Assembly: GCA_965209055.1 (NCBI GenBank)
Contig: OZ242374.1
Span: 352,001-416,000 of the forward strand
Length of the DNA stretch: 64,000 nucleotides
From: Acidobacteriota bacterium
GTDB taxonomy: Bacteria; Acidobacteriota; UBA6911; RPQK01; JAJDTT01
Direction: 5' to 3'
Shown: in pieces, positions 19,672 to 29,966 of the stretch
How the letters are laid out: every line of letters begins with the position of its first letter
Position numbering within the stretch: position 1 is the first letter of the stretch
Notes under the pieces: model-generated
Database searches by the model: none
What the model was told of the DNA's origin: nothing
The model's input: only the letters and a program-made list of their open reading frames with translations
Translations under genes and position numbers: made by a program

Positions 19672-20799
19672 ATGAACGGTGACACCGACGGTGGAGCGCG
19701 ATCCATCAAATACGGCATGTTCATCATGCCCTACCATCCTTCCGGCAAGCCGCTGGCCCAGTGCTTCGACGAGGACGTCGAACTGGTCATCCGGGCGGAG
19801 GAGCTCGGTTTCGACGAGTTCTGGATCGGCGAGCACCACACCATGAGGTTCGAGCCCATCGTGGTCCCGGAGGTGTTCATCGGACGGGTCCTCGGAGTGA
19901 CGGAGCGGATTCGACTGGGAGCCGCGCCCGTATGCCTCAATCTGCACCATCCGGCGTACGTGGCCACGCGGCTCGGGTTTCTGGATCATCTGTCCAAAGG
20001 AAGGCTCAATCTCTGCTTCGCGCCCAACAGCGTCAGCACCGACATGGAGCTCTACGGCTACCATCCGAAAGATGGCGGCGCCATGACGAGGGAAGCGCTG
20101 GACGTCATCCTCGACTTGTGGGCGTCGGACCCGCCGTACCATCACGAAGGCAAATTCTGGCAGTTCTCGCTGGAAGAGAACGTCGACGAGGCGACGGGGA
20201 TCGGATTCATTTTCAAGCCTCTGCAGCAGCCGCATCCACCCATCGCCATGCCGGGCCTCAGCCGCAACTCGGGCACCCTCACCCTGGCCGGCCAGCGCGG
20301 GTACGCTCCCTTCTCGGCCGCCCTGGCTACCGGAAACGTCCTGGCGGACAACTGGGCCACCTACGCCCGGGCCGCCGCCGAAGCGGGCCGCGAACCCGAT
20401 CCCGGGGCCTGGAAGGTCTGCCGCGCCATCTTCCTGGCCGACACGACCGAGGAGGCGGTGAAGCTCGCCCGCAACAACTCGGTGGGGGGAAACTACGAGT
20501 ACATCGCGTCCCTGATGGACAACTCACTGGGGCACCGGGACATCCTGAAGCGCGACCTCGACATGCCGGACGCCGAGTGCAACATGGATTTCTGGCTCAA
20601 GGAGCAGATCATCGCCGGCGACGTCGACGAAGTGCTCCGGCGGTTGCTGGAGCTCATGGAAGAGAGCGGACCTTTCGGCACCCTGGTCCTGATGGGCTTC
20701 GACTGGGACGACAAGCCGAGTTGGATCCGCAACCTGGAACTGTTCGCCAAGGAGCTGATGCCCGCCTTGAACAAGGCCGTTTCCGGCGTTACGGCGTGA
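19672..20799 (+). CDS. Luciferase-like (LLM class) flavin-dependent monooxygenase
   Basis: YGMFIMPYHP, AEELGFDEFWIGEHH, IRLG, LDHLSKGRL, KPLQQPHPPI, LELFAKELMP. AAGGAG RBS. Confidence 0.92.
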   Translation: MNGDTDGGARSIKYGMFIMPYHPSGKPLAQCFDEDVELVIRAEELGFDEFWIGEHHTMRFEPIVVPEVFIGRVLGVTERIRLGAAPVCLNLHHPAYVATRLGFLDHLSKGRLNLCFAPNSVSTDMELYGYHPKDGGAMTREALDVILDLWASDPPYHHEGKFWQFSLEENVDEATGIGFIFKPLQQPHPPIAMPGLSRNSGTLTLAGQRGYAPFSAALATGNVLADNWATYARAAAEAGREPDPGAWKVCRAIFLADTTEEAVKLARNNSVGGNYEYIASLMDNSLGHRDILKRDLDMPDAECNMDFWLKEQIIAGDVDEVLRRLLELMEESGPFGTLVLMGFDWDDKPSWIRNLELFAKELMPALNKAVSGVTA

Positions 20800-20959
20800 A
20801 CGCCTCCGGTGTGCTGAGCTGCCTGTAGAGGGGATGGAATCTGACTTATTGCAGGCAGGTTCGGCCAGATTCCTGTGGCAGCATGATGGTAGTTGGCGCC
20901 TCTTGGATCCAAGTTTTTCGGAAAGCGGACGGAAGGCGCTTAGCCGAGGAGGAGACCGG

Positions 20960-21655
20960 ATGTTCGATCGAGCAGCAGGGGACCTCCGCGAGCTTCCCTC
21001 CTACACAGTTTCCGAGGTTGCGCACTACCTTACCGTGCCGCCGTCGACCATCCGGTTTTGGTCCGTTGGCCGGGGTCCTTATGAGCCACTCATTGAACTC
21101 CCCGACTGTTCCCCAAACAACCCAACGCTGCTCTCGTTCCTTAACCTCGTTGAACTCCACGTTCTCGCTGCCGTCAGGCGCAAGCATGTTGTAGCAATGC
21201 CGAAGGTCCGAAAGGCCATCAAGTACTTGATGGAGACCGCTCCATCCGTAACCGACCAGCGGCATCCGTTGATCAGTTACGAAATGGAGACAGATGGCCT
21301 GGATCTGTTCATCGAACGCTATGGACGGCTGATCAATATCAGTCAGTCGGGTCAGTTGGCGATGCGGGAGCTTCTCCAAACTGCCTTACATCGGATCGTT
21401 CGCGACTCCCGCAAGGTGCCCATCAGGCTGTATCCATTCACCCGAACCGAAATGCGAGATGCACCCGAGATGGTGGTCATAGACCCAAGGCTGTCTGCTG
21501 GCCGACCCGTGATCGCCGGAACCGGGCTCACAACCCAGATCATTGCCGAGCGCTACAAGGCGGGTGAGTCAGTCACCCAGCTAGCAAGAGACTACGGGCG
21601 TGAAGAATCGGAAATCGAAGAAGCGCTCCGGTGTGAGATCAAGCTCGCCGCGTGA
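20960..21655 (+). CDS. HTH + DUF433 antitoxin (VapB45-like)
   Basis: PSYTVSEVAHYL.VP.STIR.W, LSFLNLVELHV, VVIDPR..AGRPVIAGT, ERYKAGES...LARDY. GGAGGAG RBS. Confidence 0.88.
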   Translation: MFDRAAGDLRELPSYTVSEVAHYLTVPPSTIRFWSVGRGPYEPLIELPDCSPNNPTLLSFLNLVELHVLAAVRRKHVVAMPKVRKAIKYLMETAPSVTDQRHPLISYEMETDGLDLFIERYGRLINISQSGQLAMRELLQTALHRIVRDSRKVPIRLYPFTRTEMRDAPEMVVIDPRLSAGRPVIAGTGLTTQIIAERYKAGESVTQLARDYGREESEIEEALRCEIKLAA

Positions 21656-21690
21656 GGAACCCGCCCTCTTCCTGGATCGCAATCTCGGAC
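21633..21690 (+). pseudogene. 5' stub of VapC45-like PIN toxin
   Basis: Overlaps the antitoxin stop and reads VRSSSPREEPALFLDRNLG (FFxDRxLG PIN-like start), then runs into the convergent SDR gene. Confidence 0.65.
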
Positions 21691-21706
21691 TGGTGAGAGG
21701 TTCAGG

Positions 21707-22465
21707 TCAGGCCAGGGCCGCTCCGTCGACGTTCATCACTTGGCCGGCGACGAATGAGGCTTTGTCGGAACACAACCAAACGATGGCCTCGGCGATTTCC
21801 TCGGGCCGTCCCATGCGGCCGATTCTAAGAGAGTCTCGGTATTCCTTGACCTTGTCCGGATAGTCCACTTCCTGCTGGTCGACCATTTCAGTCTGGACGA
21901 ACCCGGGATTGATGGCGTTCACACGGATGTTCCTGGCGACCAGATCGACCGCGGCCGCCCGTGTCAGCATGGTGACAGCCACCTTGGACGCTCCATAAAC
22001 CGCCAGGTCGGGGGTTCCCGCCCCACCGGCGACAGAGGCGATGTTCACGATCACTCCGGACCCCTGCCGAAGCATCTGGATGATTTCATATTTCATGCAC
22101 AGCCAGATGCCCTTGGTGTTGGTCGCCATCACACGATCGTAGTTTTCCTCGGTGCACTCATGGATCTTGCCCATTTCTCCCAGAATGCCGGCGACGTTGA
22201 TCCCGCAATCCAGCCGGCCATGGCGGCTCACGCAGGCCTGGACCAGCGCCTCGACTTCGGCGGCGTTCGACACATCGCAGCCAACGGCCATCGCCTCCCC
22301 ACCGGCCGCTTGGACCAACCGGACGGTCTGGCTCGCTTGGTCCTGTTGCACATCAGCCACGACCACTTTGGCGCCTTCCCGGGCAAGCAGTAGACAGGTG
22401 GCTCGGCCAATTCCTGAGGCCCCGCCCGTTACCAAAGCAATTCGGTTGTTGAGACTGGCTGCCAT
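21707..22465 (-). CDS. Short-chain dehydrogenase/reductase
   Basis: TGGASGIG, NVAG, YGASK, IRVNAINPG. Confidence 0.95.
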   Translation of the reverse strand: MAASLNNRIALVTGGASGIGRATCLLLAREGAKVVVADVQQDQASQTVRLVQAAGGEAMAVGCDVSNAAEVEALVQACVSRHGRLDCGINVAGILGEMGKIHECTEENYDRVMATNTKGIWLCMKYEIIQMLRQGSGVIVNIASVAGGAGTPDLAVYGASKVAVTMLTRAAAVDLVARNIRVNAINPGFVQTEMVDQQEVDYPDKVKEYRDSLRIGRMGRPEEIAEAIVWLCSDKASFVAGQVMNVDGAALA

Positions 22466-22605
22466 GAGAACCTCCTTCGAGCGTCAATGGTTTTTTCGGA
22501 TCTCCGGACGAGAATTCCTATTGTCACTAATCGTTTCTCTCTGTTTCCAGATCTATTGAAAGATGACCGGGAGCTCCAACGCCGCTCTTGGGGAAACCTG
22601 GTCCA

Positions 22606-24363
22606 CTACGGCTTCCACGGTATTCCGGAGCCTTCCTGGAGGGTGACGAGGCGATCCGCTTCCACCCCTTCCCAGATCTCGCTGCCACCCCCGGGCCAGT
22701 GGACGATGACGGCCTCGACCTCTTTGTCCCGGCCCAAGCCGAAGTGCACCCGATGGTCGTTGGCGTTCAGATAGCTGCCGTCGGTATGTGCGCGGCGCCA
22801 TAACGTCCTCTGACCCTGGCGCTGCACTCCCACCCTCGCTCCGACCCCGTCGCGGTTGCTTTGCACCCCCTGCAGTCGAACCTGCAGCCAGTGGTGCCGC
22901 GACCCGGTCCCGTTCAACAGCAACCGCACCGGTCCGTTGTTGTTGGTGATCAGAATGTCCACGTCACCGTCGTTGTCCATGTCGCCGAAGGCCGCTCCCC
23001 GGCTCACTTCCGACAGTTGCAGGGCCGGTCCCGCCTCGGCAGTCGTTTCCCGATAGTTGCCCTTCCCGTCGTTGTGGAACAGTTGGTTGATTTGATCGTA
23101 GGCATAGTCGGCCGGTTCGGCCAGCCGCATCATTCGCACCGCGCCATTGGCCATGAACAGATCCAGGTGCCCGTCATTGTCGTAGTCGAACCACCGGGTG
23201 CCGAAACCGGTGAAATTGTGAACCCGGGTCAATCCGAAACGGCTGGTCTGGTCGGAAAAGCCGCCGGCGCCATCGTTCAGGTAGAGGGTGTGGGTCTCTT
23301 CCGTCAGATGGGTCATGAAGAGGTCTTCGCTGCCGTCGTTGTTGAAATCGGCGGCCGTGACCCCCATGCTGGCTTCCGCCTGGCCGTCGACGTTGAACGC
23401 CGTCCCTGAGAACAACCCCGCCTCTTCGAAGCTTCCGTTTCCCCGGTTGAGCCAGAGTTGATTGGGAGTCTTGTCATTGGCGACGTAGATATCCGTCCAA
23501 CCGTCAACATTGAAGTCCGCGCAAACGACGCCCAATCCATTGCCGAACGCGGCCGCCAGGCCCGCCTGCTCCGTCACGTCGACAAATCGGCGCCCACCGT
23601 CGTTGCGAAAGAACCGGTCCGGCAAAGGGGAATAGACTGTGGGGAAACAGTAATCCCTGGCGCCCGCGGTTCTGCAAACCTGGTTTCCCGCGACCGTGAA
23701 CCCAACGTAGTTTGTCAGGAACAAATCTAGGTCGCCGTCGCGATCGTAGTCCAGGAAGGCGGCGCTGGTGGTCCAGCGGGAATCCTCGGCTCCCACTCCC
23801 TTCATTGGGGTGAAGGTCCCGTCTCCGTTGTTGCGATACAGGAGATTGGGTCCGTAGTTGGTCAGGTAGAGGTCGAGGTCTCCGTCGTTGTCGTAGTCCC
23901 CAACCGCGGCCCCCATCCCGTAGCTGACCGAGTCGACTCCGGCTTGGGCGGTGACCTCCCTGAACTTGAGACTTCCGCCGGGGATCAGATCGTTTCGATA
24001 CAACCGGTGCCCCGGTTTCCACCCGGGATCTGGAGGAAACCAGGACTGGGAGGGAGTCTTGGCCGGTTCCAGCATCGCGCCTTGCACCAGGTAGACATCC
24101 AGGTCGCCGTCGCCGTCGTAGTCCAACAGGGCGGCTCCGGAGCCCACGATTTCAGGCAGGTAAAACTTGCCGCCGGCCCCGTTGAAGTGCTGGAAATCCA
24201 GCCCCACCCGGGAAGCCGCTTCCGAGAAAAGGGGAGTTGGAAGCGATGGGTCTTGCGCCACAAGAGCCGGCCAGGCCGAGGCTCCCCAGAGGAGTCCGGC
24301 CAGCAGCCGGCCGGCGGGCCGTCGGCAGGACCGCCGGGCCGGAGAGGCAGCCACCTTTCTCAT
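22606..24363 (-). CDS. CRTAC1-family FG-GAP/VCBS propeller with ASPIC/UnbV domain (copy A)
   Basis: Repeated D.DGDGDLD Ca-binding motifs, SNRDGVGARV, GSYL..VHFGLG..V.WP.G, signal peptide. Confidence 0.92.
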   Translation of the reverse strand: MRKVAASPARRSCRRPAGRLLAGLLWGASAWPALVAQDPSLPTPLFSEAASRVGLDFQHFNGAGGKFYLPEIVGSGAALLDYDGDGDLDVYLVQGAMLEPAKTPSQSWFPPDPGWKPGHRLYRNDLIPGGSLKFREVTAQAGVDSVSYGMGAAVGDYDNDGDLDLYLTNYGPNLLYRNNGDGTFTPMKGVGAEDSRWTTSAAFLDYDRDGDLDLFLTNYVGFTVAGNQVCRTAGARDYCFPTVYSPLPDRFFRNDGGRRFVDVTEQAGLAAAFGNGLGVVCADFNVDGWTDIYVANDKTPNQLWLNRGNGSFEEAGLFSGTAFNVDGQAEASMGVTAADFNNDGSEDLFMTHLTEETHTLYLNDGAGGFSDQTSRFGLTRVHNFTGFGTRWFDYDNDGHLDLFMANGAVRMMRLAEPADYAYDQINQLFHNDGKGNYRETTAEAGPALQLSEVSRGAAFGDMDNDGDVDILITNNNGPVRLLLNGTGSRHHWLQVRLQGVQSNRDGVGARVGVQRQGQRTLWRRAHTDGSYLNANDHRVHFGLGRDKEVEAVIVHWPGGGSEIWEGVEADRLVTLQEGSGIPWKP

Positions 24364-25769
24364 GGCCGCTTGCCCGCCTGCCGCAACCTTTGCAGGAACT
24401 TCCCGACATCGGCCGCCAGTTCACGCTTCCCCATGGAAAAGGCCTTTGCCTGGGCCTTTACGGCAGAGTCGACGGCTTTATCAATCTTGCCCAGACGGGC
24501 GTAGCTGTGAGCCAGTACGTAATGGCGCACCGGGGTTCCCTCATCCTCTACCGTCAGGGTCTTCAGGAAGTGACCGATCGCCTCCGCATTCCTCCCTTGT
24601 TTCTGAAGCAGCAGCCCCAACTGAAAATGGGCATCCATGAATTGCGACCGATTCTCGATCGCCAGGCGAAAGCGTTCTTCCGCCTCTCTCACCTGACCGC
24701 CGTTTGCCAGATTGGCGCCCAATAGGTAATGCGACTCGGCCCGGTAAGGATCGAGCTCCAGAGCTTTCCGGAACGCTGCTTCAGCGTCCCGATCACGCTT
24801 CTGTAGCGTGCGTAGAATACCCAGATTGTGGTGGATTTCGTGAAGCCGGGGATCGAGTTTGTGCGCCGCCCGGTAATGTTCTTCCGCTTTGACCAGGTCT
24901 CCCAGGGTGAGAAAGCTGAAGAACAGGTTGGCGTGCGCCCCGGCATGCCGGGGGTCTTCTTTCAGGGCCCGCTCAAACTCGCCAAGTGCTTCAGAGATTC
25001 GTGCTTTCCGCTGAAATCCCAGTCCTCGCAGGTAGTGGTATTCCGCCTTTGATTGAAGCCGGCGGAGCGAATCCAACAGAGGGTCCACCAGGGGAGGCGG
25101 ATCCCCCTGAACCCGTTGAAAAAGGAGTAGATGCCGGCGAGCCTTCTCTTTTTCTCCCAGGTTGCGGTACACGGTGCCGAGCCCATAGTGGGCGGCGCCA
25201 AAATCGGGCGCCAACCGGGAAGCGGTCCGGTAGCTCTTCAAGGCTGCCCGAGTCTCGCCTCGAGCAAACTGGACCCGGCCGAGTCCGTAATGGGCACGGG
25301 CAGAATCGGGATGTTGCCGAACCACCTGGCGATAAATCTTTCCGCTCTCATCCCAGTCGCCCACCGTCCGAAGCAGTTTGCCGAGTCTCAGTTGCGCCGG
25401 AAGATAGTCCGGGGCCAATTCGACGGCTCTCCGAAAGGCGGGAATCGCTTCTGCCTCCCGGCCGGTCGCGGTCATGGCGACGCCCAGATAGTACGGCCAG
25501 CGAAAGTCGGATGGTTCGATGGACCCGACCCGCCGGTAAAACGTGGAGGCGAGTTCATATTGTCCGAAACCGTGCAGGAGCATTGCCAGCCGGCCATTGA
25601 GTTCGCTATCCGCCGGGTTTGCCAGAGCTTCCCGGTAGGTTTCAAGCAGCCGTTGACGGTCACGGGGCTCGAAAGCGGCCAGCAACCGTTCGGCCAATTG
25701 GGGCGGTGGAGGCGATTCCGGGGTCGCGGCAGCGATGAAAACCAAACTCAAGGTCCAAAGCGGCAGCAT
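24360..25769 (-). CDS. Secreted TPR protein (family A, copy 1), coupled to CRTAC1-A
   Basis: FRWPYYLG, AHYGLG, AHANL and AHFQLG TPRs. ATGA overlap with the downstream gene. Confidence 0.9.
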   Translation of the reverse strand: MLPLWTLSLVFIAAATPESPPPPQLAERLLAAFEPRDRQRLLETYREALANPADSELNGRLAMLLHGFGQYELASTFYRRVGSIEPSDFRWPYYLGVAMTATGREAEAIPAFRRAVELAPDYLPAQLRLGKLLRTVGDWDESGKIYRQVVRQHPDSARAHYGLGRVQFARGETRAALKSYRTASRLAPDFGAAHYGLGTVYRNLGEKEKARRHLLLFQRVQGDPPPLVDPLLDSLRRLQSKAEYHYLRGLGFQRKARISEALGEFERALKEDPRHAGAHANLFFSFLTLGDLVKAEEHYRAAHKLDPRLHEIHHNLGILRTLQKRDRDAEAAFRKALELDPYRAESHYLLGANLANGGQVREAEERFRLAIENRSQFMDAHFQLGLLLQKQGRNAEAIGHFLKTLTVEDEGTPVRHYVLAHSYARLGKIDKAVDSAVKAQAKAFSMGKRELAADVGKFLQRLRQAGKRP

Positions 25770-25952
25770 GGTCCTGATGATACCTGTTTGCCAAAAATGG
25801 GCTCAAGATGAGGGGCGCACCGGCGAACACCGGAATTGCTGACAAGAAAAGCGTTTTCTGACCGGGCCGTCCGTGTTTGTTGTACCGAACGGAGCGGAGG
25901 GTATAATGGGACCAATTCACCGTCGGTCGGGGTCAGGTTCTCCGAGGTGCCA

Positions 25953-27581
25953 ATGTCAAGAACCTTCGCAGGTTCTCCCGTGAGTGGCAGGTTCCTTCTG
26001 CTTGCCTTGTTTCTGGTTCTGCTCCCGGTCCAGGCCAAAGAGAAGAAGCGGGACGACCGGGCCGTTCTCCAGGAAGAGCAGGAGGACTACTTCAAGAAGT
26101 GGCTCAAGGAGGACGTCGTCTACATCATCACCGATGAGGAGCGGGGCGTGTTCAACGGCCTGGGCACCATGGACGAGAAGGAACAGTTCATCGAGCAGTT
26201 CTGGCGCCGGCGCGACCCGGATGCGAGAACGGCCGTCAACGAATACAAGGAAGAACATTACCGTCGTATTGCCTACGCCAACGACCATTTCTTCAGCGCC
26301 AAGGCCGGGTGGAGAACAGATCGCGGCAGGACCTACATCCTCTGGGGCCCGCCCGACGACCGCGAAATGCGTCCCTCGGGCGGCCGCTATGAAAGGCTGA
26401 TCTACGAGGGCGGGGGAACGACGACGACCTATCCCTTCGAGCGCTGGATCTATCGCCACATTCCAGGGATCGGGTCCGGTGTCGAGTTGGAATTCGTCGA
26501 CCAGTCAGGTACCGGTGAATACCGTCTGGCGCTGGGTATGGAGGAGAAAGATGCGCTCCTCCACAGCGAAGGCGGATTGACCATGGCAGAACAACTCGGG
26601 ATGATGGACAAGTCCGAACGCCCTTATTTTACTCCATCCAATGCCCATAACCCCTTTATTCAGGGGATCACCGGCATGCGCGCAAAAGATCGTCCTTTCG
26701 CTCGCATGGCGCGCTACTTCGATGTTCAGAAGGCTCCCGATATTCGGTACAAAGACCTCCAGAAGCTGGTCGACAGCAGAGTCTTGTATCACAGCCTGCC
26801 GTTCGACCTCAGCAGCAACGCGATCAAACTGGACGATGCCAGGGCGCTGGTTGCCATTACCGTGGAGGTGCGCAACCAGGATCTGACATTTCAGGAGAAA
26901 TCCGGCATCCGCCAGGCCCACCTTCGACTCTATGGACGCGTGCTGAATGTGAGCGGCCGAATGCTGACCGAGTTTGAGCAGGAACTGGCCATTGACTACG
27001 CAGCCGAAGAATTCGAAACCAGCTTGACGGAACGGTCCGTTTATCAGAATCAGATCGCAGTCCCGGCTGGCCTCTACAAGCTGACTCTGATCCTTGAAGA
27101 CTTGCACGGTGAAAGGATGGGTTCAACGGAGACTCGTATACCGGCTCCCAGATATGACGAAAAACAACTTGCTGCCTCTCTGATTCTGGCCCAGTCGATT
27201 CAGCAGCTTGGTGCGGTGCCGGATACGATCCGGATGTTCGTGCTCGGCGACCTGAAAGTGATCCCCAGTGTCAGCCGTACGTTTGTCTCTGACGCTTCAC
27301 TGCCGGTCTATCTTCAGGTGTACAACCTGCAGGTGGATCAGGCCCTGGACAGACCGGATCCTGAAATCGTCTACGAAATCAGCAGGAAGGGGAAAGTCGT
27401 CAAGACCGTCTCCGGCATTGGCGGCCGGAACCTTGCCTATTTCTCACCGGAACGCGCGGTTTTCGTTCGACATCTTGACTTGGAGGGACTCCCGCTTGGG
27501 GACTATTCGTTGCGAGTGGCCGTACGTGACGGCATTTCCGGAGAATCGTCCGTAACCCGCGATCGATTCAAGATTCAATGA
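25953..27581 (+). CDS. GWxTD domain protein
   Basis: KKWLKEDVVYIITDEER, EQFIEQFW.RRDP, EEHYRRIAYAN, GWRTDRGRTYI.WGPPD. GAGGT RBS before ATG 25953. Confidence 0.93.
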   Translation: MSRTFAGSPVSGRFLLLALFLVLLPVQAKEKKRDDRAVLQEEQEDYFKKWLKEDVVYIITDEERGVFNGLGTMDEKEQFIEQFWRRRDPDARTAVNEYKEEHYRRIAYANDHFFSAKAGWRTDRGRTYILWGPPDDREMRPSGGRYERLIYEGGGTTTTYPFERWIYRHIPGIGSGVELEFVDQSGTGEYRLALGMEEKDALLHSEGGLTMAEQLGMMDKSERPYFTPSNAHNPFIQGITGMRAKDRPFARMARYFDVQKAPDIRYKDLQKLVDSRVLYHSLPFDLSSNAIKLDDARALVAITVEVRNQDLTFQEKSGIRQAHLRLYGRVLNVSGRMLTEFEQELAIDYAAEEFETSLTERSVYQNQIAVPAGLYKLTLILEDLHGERMGSTETRIPAPRYDEKQLAASLILAQSIQQLGAVPDTIRMFVLGDLKVIPSVSRTFVSDASLPVYLQVYNLQVDQALDRPDPEIVYEISRKGKVVKTVSGIGGRNLAYFSPERAVFVRHLDLEGLPLGDYSLRVAVRDGISGESSVTRDRFKIQ

Positions 27582-27588
27582 CAAACCG

Positions 27589-29934
27589 GTGTCTGGCAAA
27601 GTACTGATCGGAACCGGCGTCGCCGGGTGGGCCATTCTGGTATTTGCGGCGGCGCTTCCGGCGCTCATTCCGCACGGTTCGACCGCGCAGACGACACCTC
27701 TCTCCACAGCCGAGCCTCGTCACGCCGAAGGCTATGCCGGGCAAGAGACGTGCGCGAGCTGCCACAGGGAAATCACCGACTCCTACCAAAGGGTTGCGAT
27801 GTCACGGTCGTTCTCTCGACCCACGCCTGCGAACACGATTGAGGACTACGAAAAAAACAACAGTTTTTTCCACGAAAAGTCGGAATTTTATTACACCATG
27901 CTCAAGCGCGGCGGGCGCTATTTTCAGCGCCGCAGCCTCAAGAACAAGCAGGGGGAGCCCGTTCACGTTCATGAAGAGGAGATCACCTACATCCTGGGTT
28001 CGGGTGATCATGCCCGCTCCTATTTTCATCATCATCCCAATGGCGTGATCACCAAGTTGCCCGTCACCTGGTACACACAGGAACAACGCTGGGGAATGTC
28101 TCCCGGCTACGACGTCCCGGATCATCTCGACTTCACCCGCCCCATACCGCAGGGGTGTTTTTTTTGCCACACGTCCTACCCTCGGCTCATCCCGCAAAGG
28201 TCCGAGGACGAGGTCTACTTCCCCAACTCTCTTCCGGCCGGCATCGGTTGCGAGCGTTGCCACGGACCGGGCAGCGAACATGTCCGCCTGGTCTTGGAGA
28301 AAGCTCCCGCGGAAGAGTTCAAGAAGGCGATCTACCACCCCGGGCTGGATTCGAAACAGGCTCAGAGAGATCTCTGTTACCAATGCCACGTGGAGACCAA
28401 CGTCTACAGCGTGGCAACCAGAGTCATCGTGCCGGGCCGGGAAACCTTCTCCTACCGGCCGGGAGAAACTTTTTCCGATTACGCAGTCCGCTTCAAGCTT
28501 CGGGGCGTGGACGACAAGAGCAAACAATTCGACATGGTGAAGCAGCATGGCGATCTGATGGAAGAATCGAAATGCTTTCAAGCCAGCAGCGGCGCCATGA
28601 CCTGTACCACCTGCCATGATCCCCACGTGAAGGTCTCTCATGAAGAGAGCGCCGATTTCTACCGCGCCCGCTGCCTTTCCTGCCATGTCTCGAGTGAGCT
28701 CAACAGCACCCACAAACCTGTCGAAGTCGAGGGGAACTGCGCCGCTTGCCACATGCCCTCGGGAGACCCGACCGGCGACAGCCCCGATATTTCTTTCGAG
28801 GAGCTTCGGCGGGGAAATCAACGCACCCGTCACATCGTTTTTACCAACCATAGAATCGGTATCCACTCCAGAGGAGAAGTGCCCGCCGATCTGGGTCAGA
28901 ACACCCTCTACGAACTGGAACCTTCAACCGAATCGCTGTCCGAGACCGAGAATCTATTTTTTATGGGAGCGGCATTCCTGGATGCGACTCCGGCGGAACT
29001 GAGCGAACGCCCCAAACAGTTGGAAACCGGAATGGGGTTGTTGGAGCAGTACACAGAGAGGGCCGGCGGCCGCTACCGGACCGAGGCCTTCGCCCTGTTG
29101 GGGAAAGGCTATGAAGTTTCGGGGGAAATCGATCGGGCGGTGGCAGCTTACGAGCGCTCGCTGGAAGGGCGGCCGGGCCAGTTGCTGCCTATGAGCAATC
29201 TGGCTTTGATCTACGCCAATCGGGGAGACCACGACCGCGGCAAGTCTTACTTCTCCCGAGTGCTGGAGCGATTCCCGGAAAATGTTCCGGCACTTCACGG
29301 GCTGGGCGTCCTGGCTGCCGGGGCCGGAAAAAAACAGGAGGCGATCGGGTACTTCGAAAGAGCGACCCAGTTGTTTCCGCTTGCCGTCTTTTCCCACTAT
29401 CACCTGGCCCAAATGTACTTGCGCGACCAGGAGTGGGACAAAGCCTTTGCGGCGATCATGCGCACCCTGGCTGTTTCTCCAAGATTCGCTCCGGCATACC
29501 TGGACCTGGGAAATCTTCACGCCCTCCAGAACCGGTTGTCCCCGGCCGGAGAAGCCTTCGAGCGGTTACTGACGTTGGATCCGAACAACGAAACCGCCTA
29601 CAACGCGGTTTCCATCGTCGCGGCGCGGCAGGGCGCTTTCGAGCGGGCTATTGAAGTGCTGGAAAAGGCCGTCGAAAAAGGTGTTGCCGCGGAGGCAACC
29701 TTCCTGAATCTCGGTCGTTTCCGGGCTCAATCCGGTCATCTGGAGAGATCCGTCGAGTCGCTGCAACAGGCGTTGTCCCTGAACCCTCAAAGCGAAGAAG
29801 TTCTCTTGACCTTGGCGATGGTGCACTCGTTGAAGGACGAGCGTGCATTGGCGAGACAATTTCTCCAGCGGCTGCTCAAGCTGAATCCGGATCACGAGCA
29901 GGCGCGCCTCCTATTGCAGAGGCTTGGACATTAG
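27589..29934 (+). CDS. Multiheme c-type cytochrome (7 CxxCH) fused to C-terminal TPR array
   Basis: CASCH, CFFCH, CERCH, CYQCH, CTTCH, CLSCH, CAACH, then TPRs. Signal peptide. Confidence 0.9.
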   Translation: MSGKVLIGTGVAGWAILVFAAALPALIPHGSTAQTTPLSTAEPRHAEGYAGQETCASCHREITDSYQRVAMSRSFSRPTPANTIEDYEKNNSFFHEKSEFYYTMLKRGGRYFQRRSLKNKQGEPVHVHEEEITYILGSGDHARSYFHHHPNGVITKLPVTWYTQEQRWGMSPGYDVPDHLDFTRPIPQGCFFCHTSYPRLIPQRSEDEVYFPNSLPAGIGCERCHGPGSEHVRLVLEKAPAEEFKKAIYHPGLDSKQAQRDLCYQCHVETNVYSVATRVIVPGRETFSYRPGETFSDYAVRFKLRGVDDKSKQFDMVKQHGDLMEESKCFQASSGAMTCTTCHDPHVKVSHEESADFYRARCLSCHVSSELNSTHKPVEVEGNCAACHMPSGDPTGDSPDISFEELRRGNQRTRHIVFTNHRIGIHSRGEVPADLGQNTLYELEPSTESLSETENLFFMGAAFLDATPAELSERPKQLETGMGLLEQYTERAGGRYRTEAFALLGKGYEVSGEIDRAVAAYERSLEGRPGQLLPMSNLALIYANRGDHDRGKSYFSRVLERFPENVPALHGLGVLAAGAGKKQEAIGYFERATQLFPLAVFSHYHLAQMYLRDQEWDKAFAAIMRTLAVSPRFAPAYLDLGNLHALQNRLSPAGEAFERLLTLDPNNETAYNAVSIVAARQGAFERAIEVLEKAVEKGVAAEATFLNLGRFRAQSGHLERSVESLQQALSLNPQSEEVLLTLAMVHSLKDERALARQFLQRLLKLNPDHEQARLLLQRLGH

Positions 29935-29966
29935 TTGAGCTCGGTATTGGCTCTATCCCGTTACCT

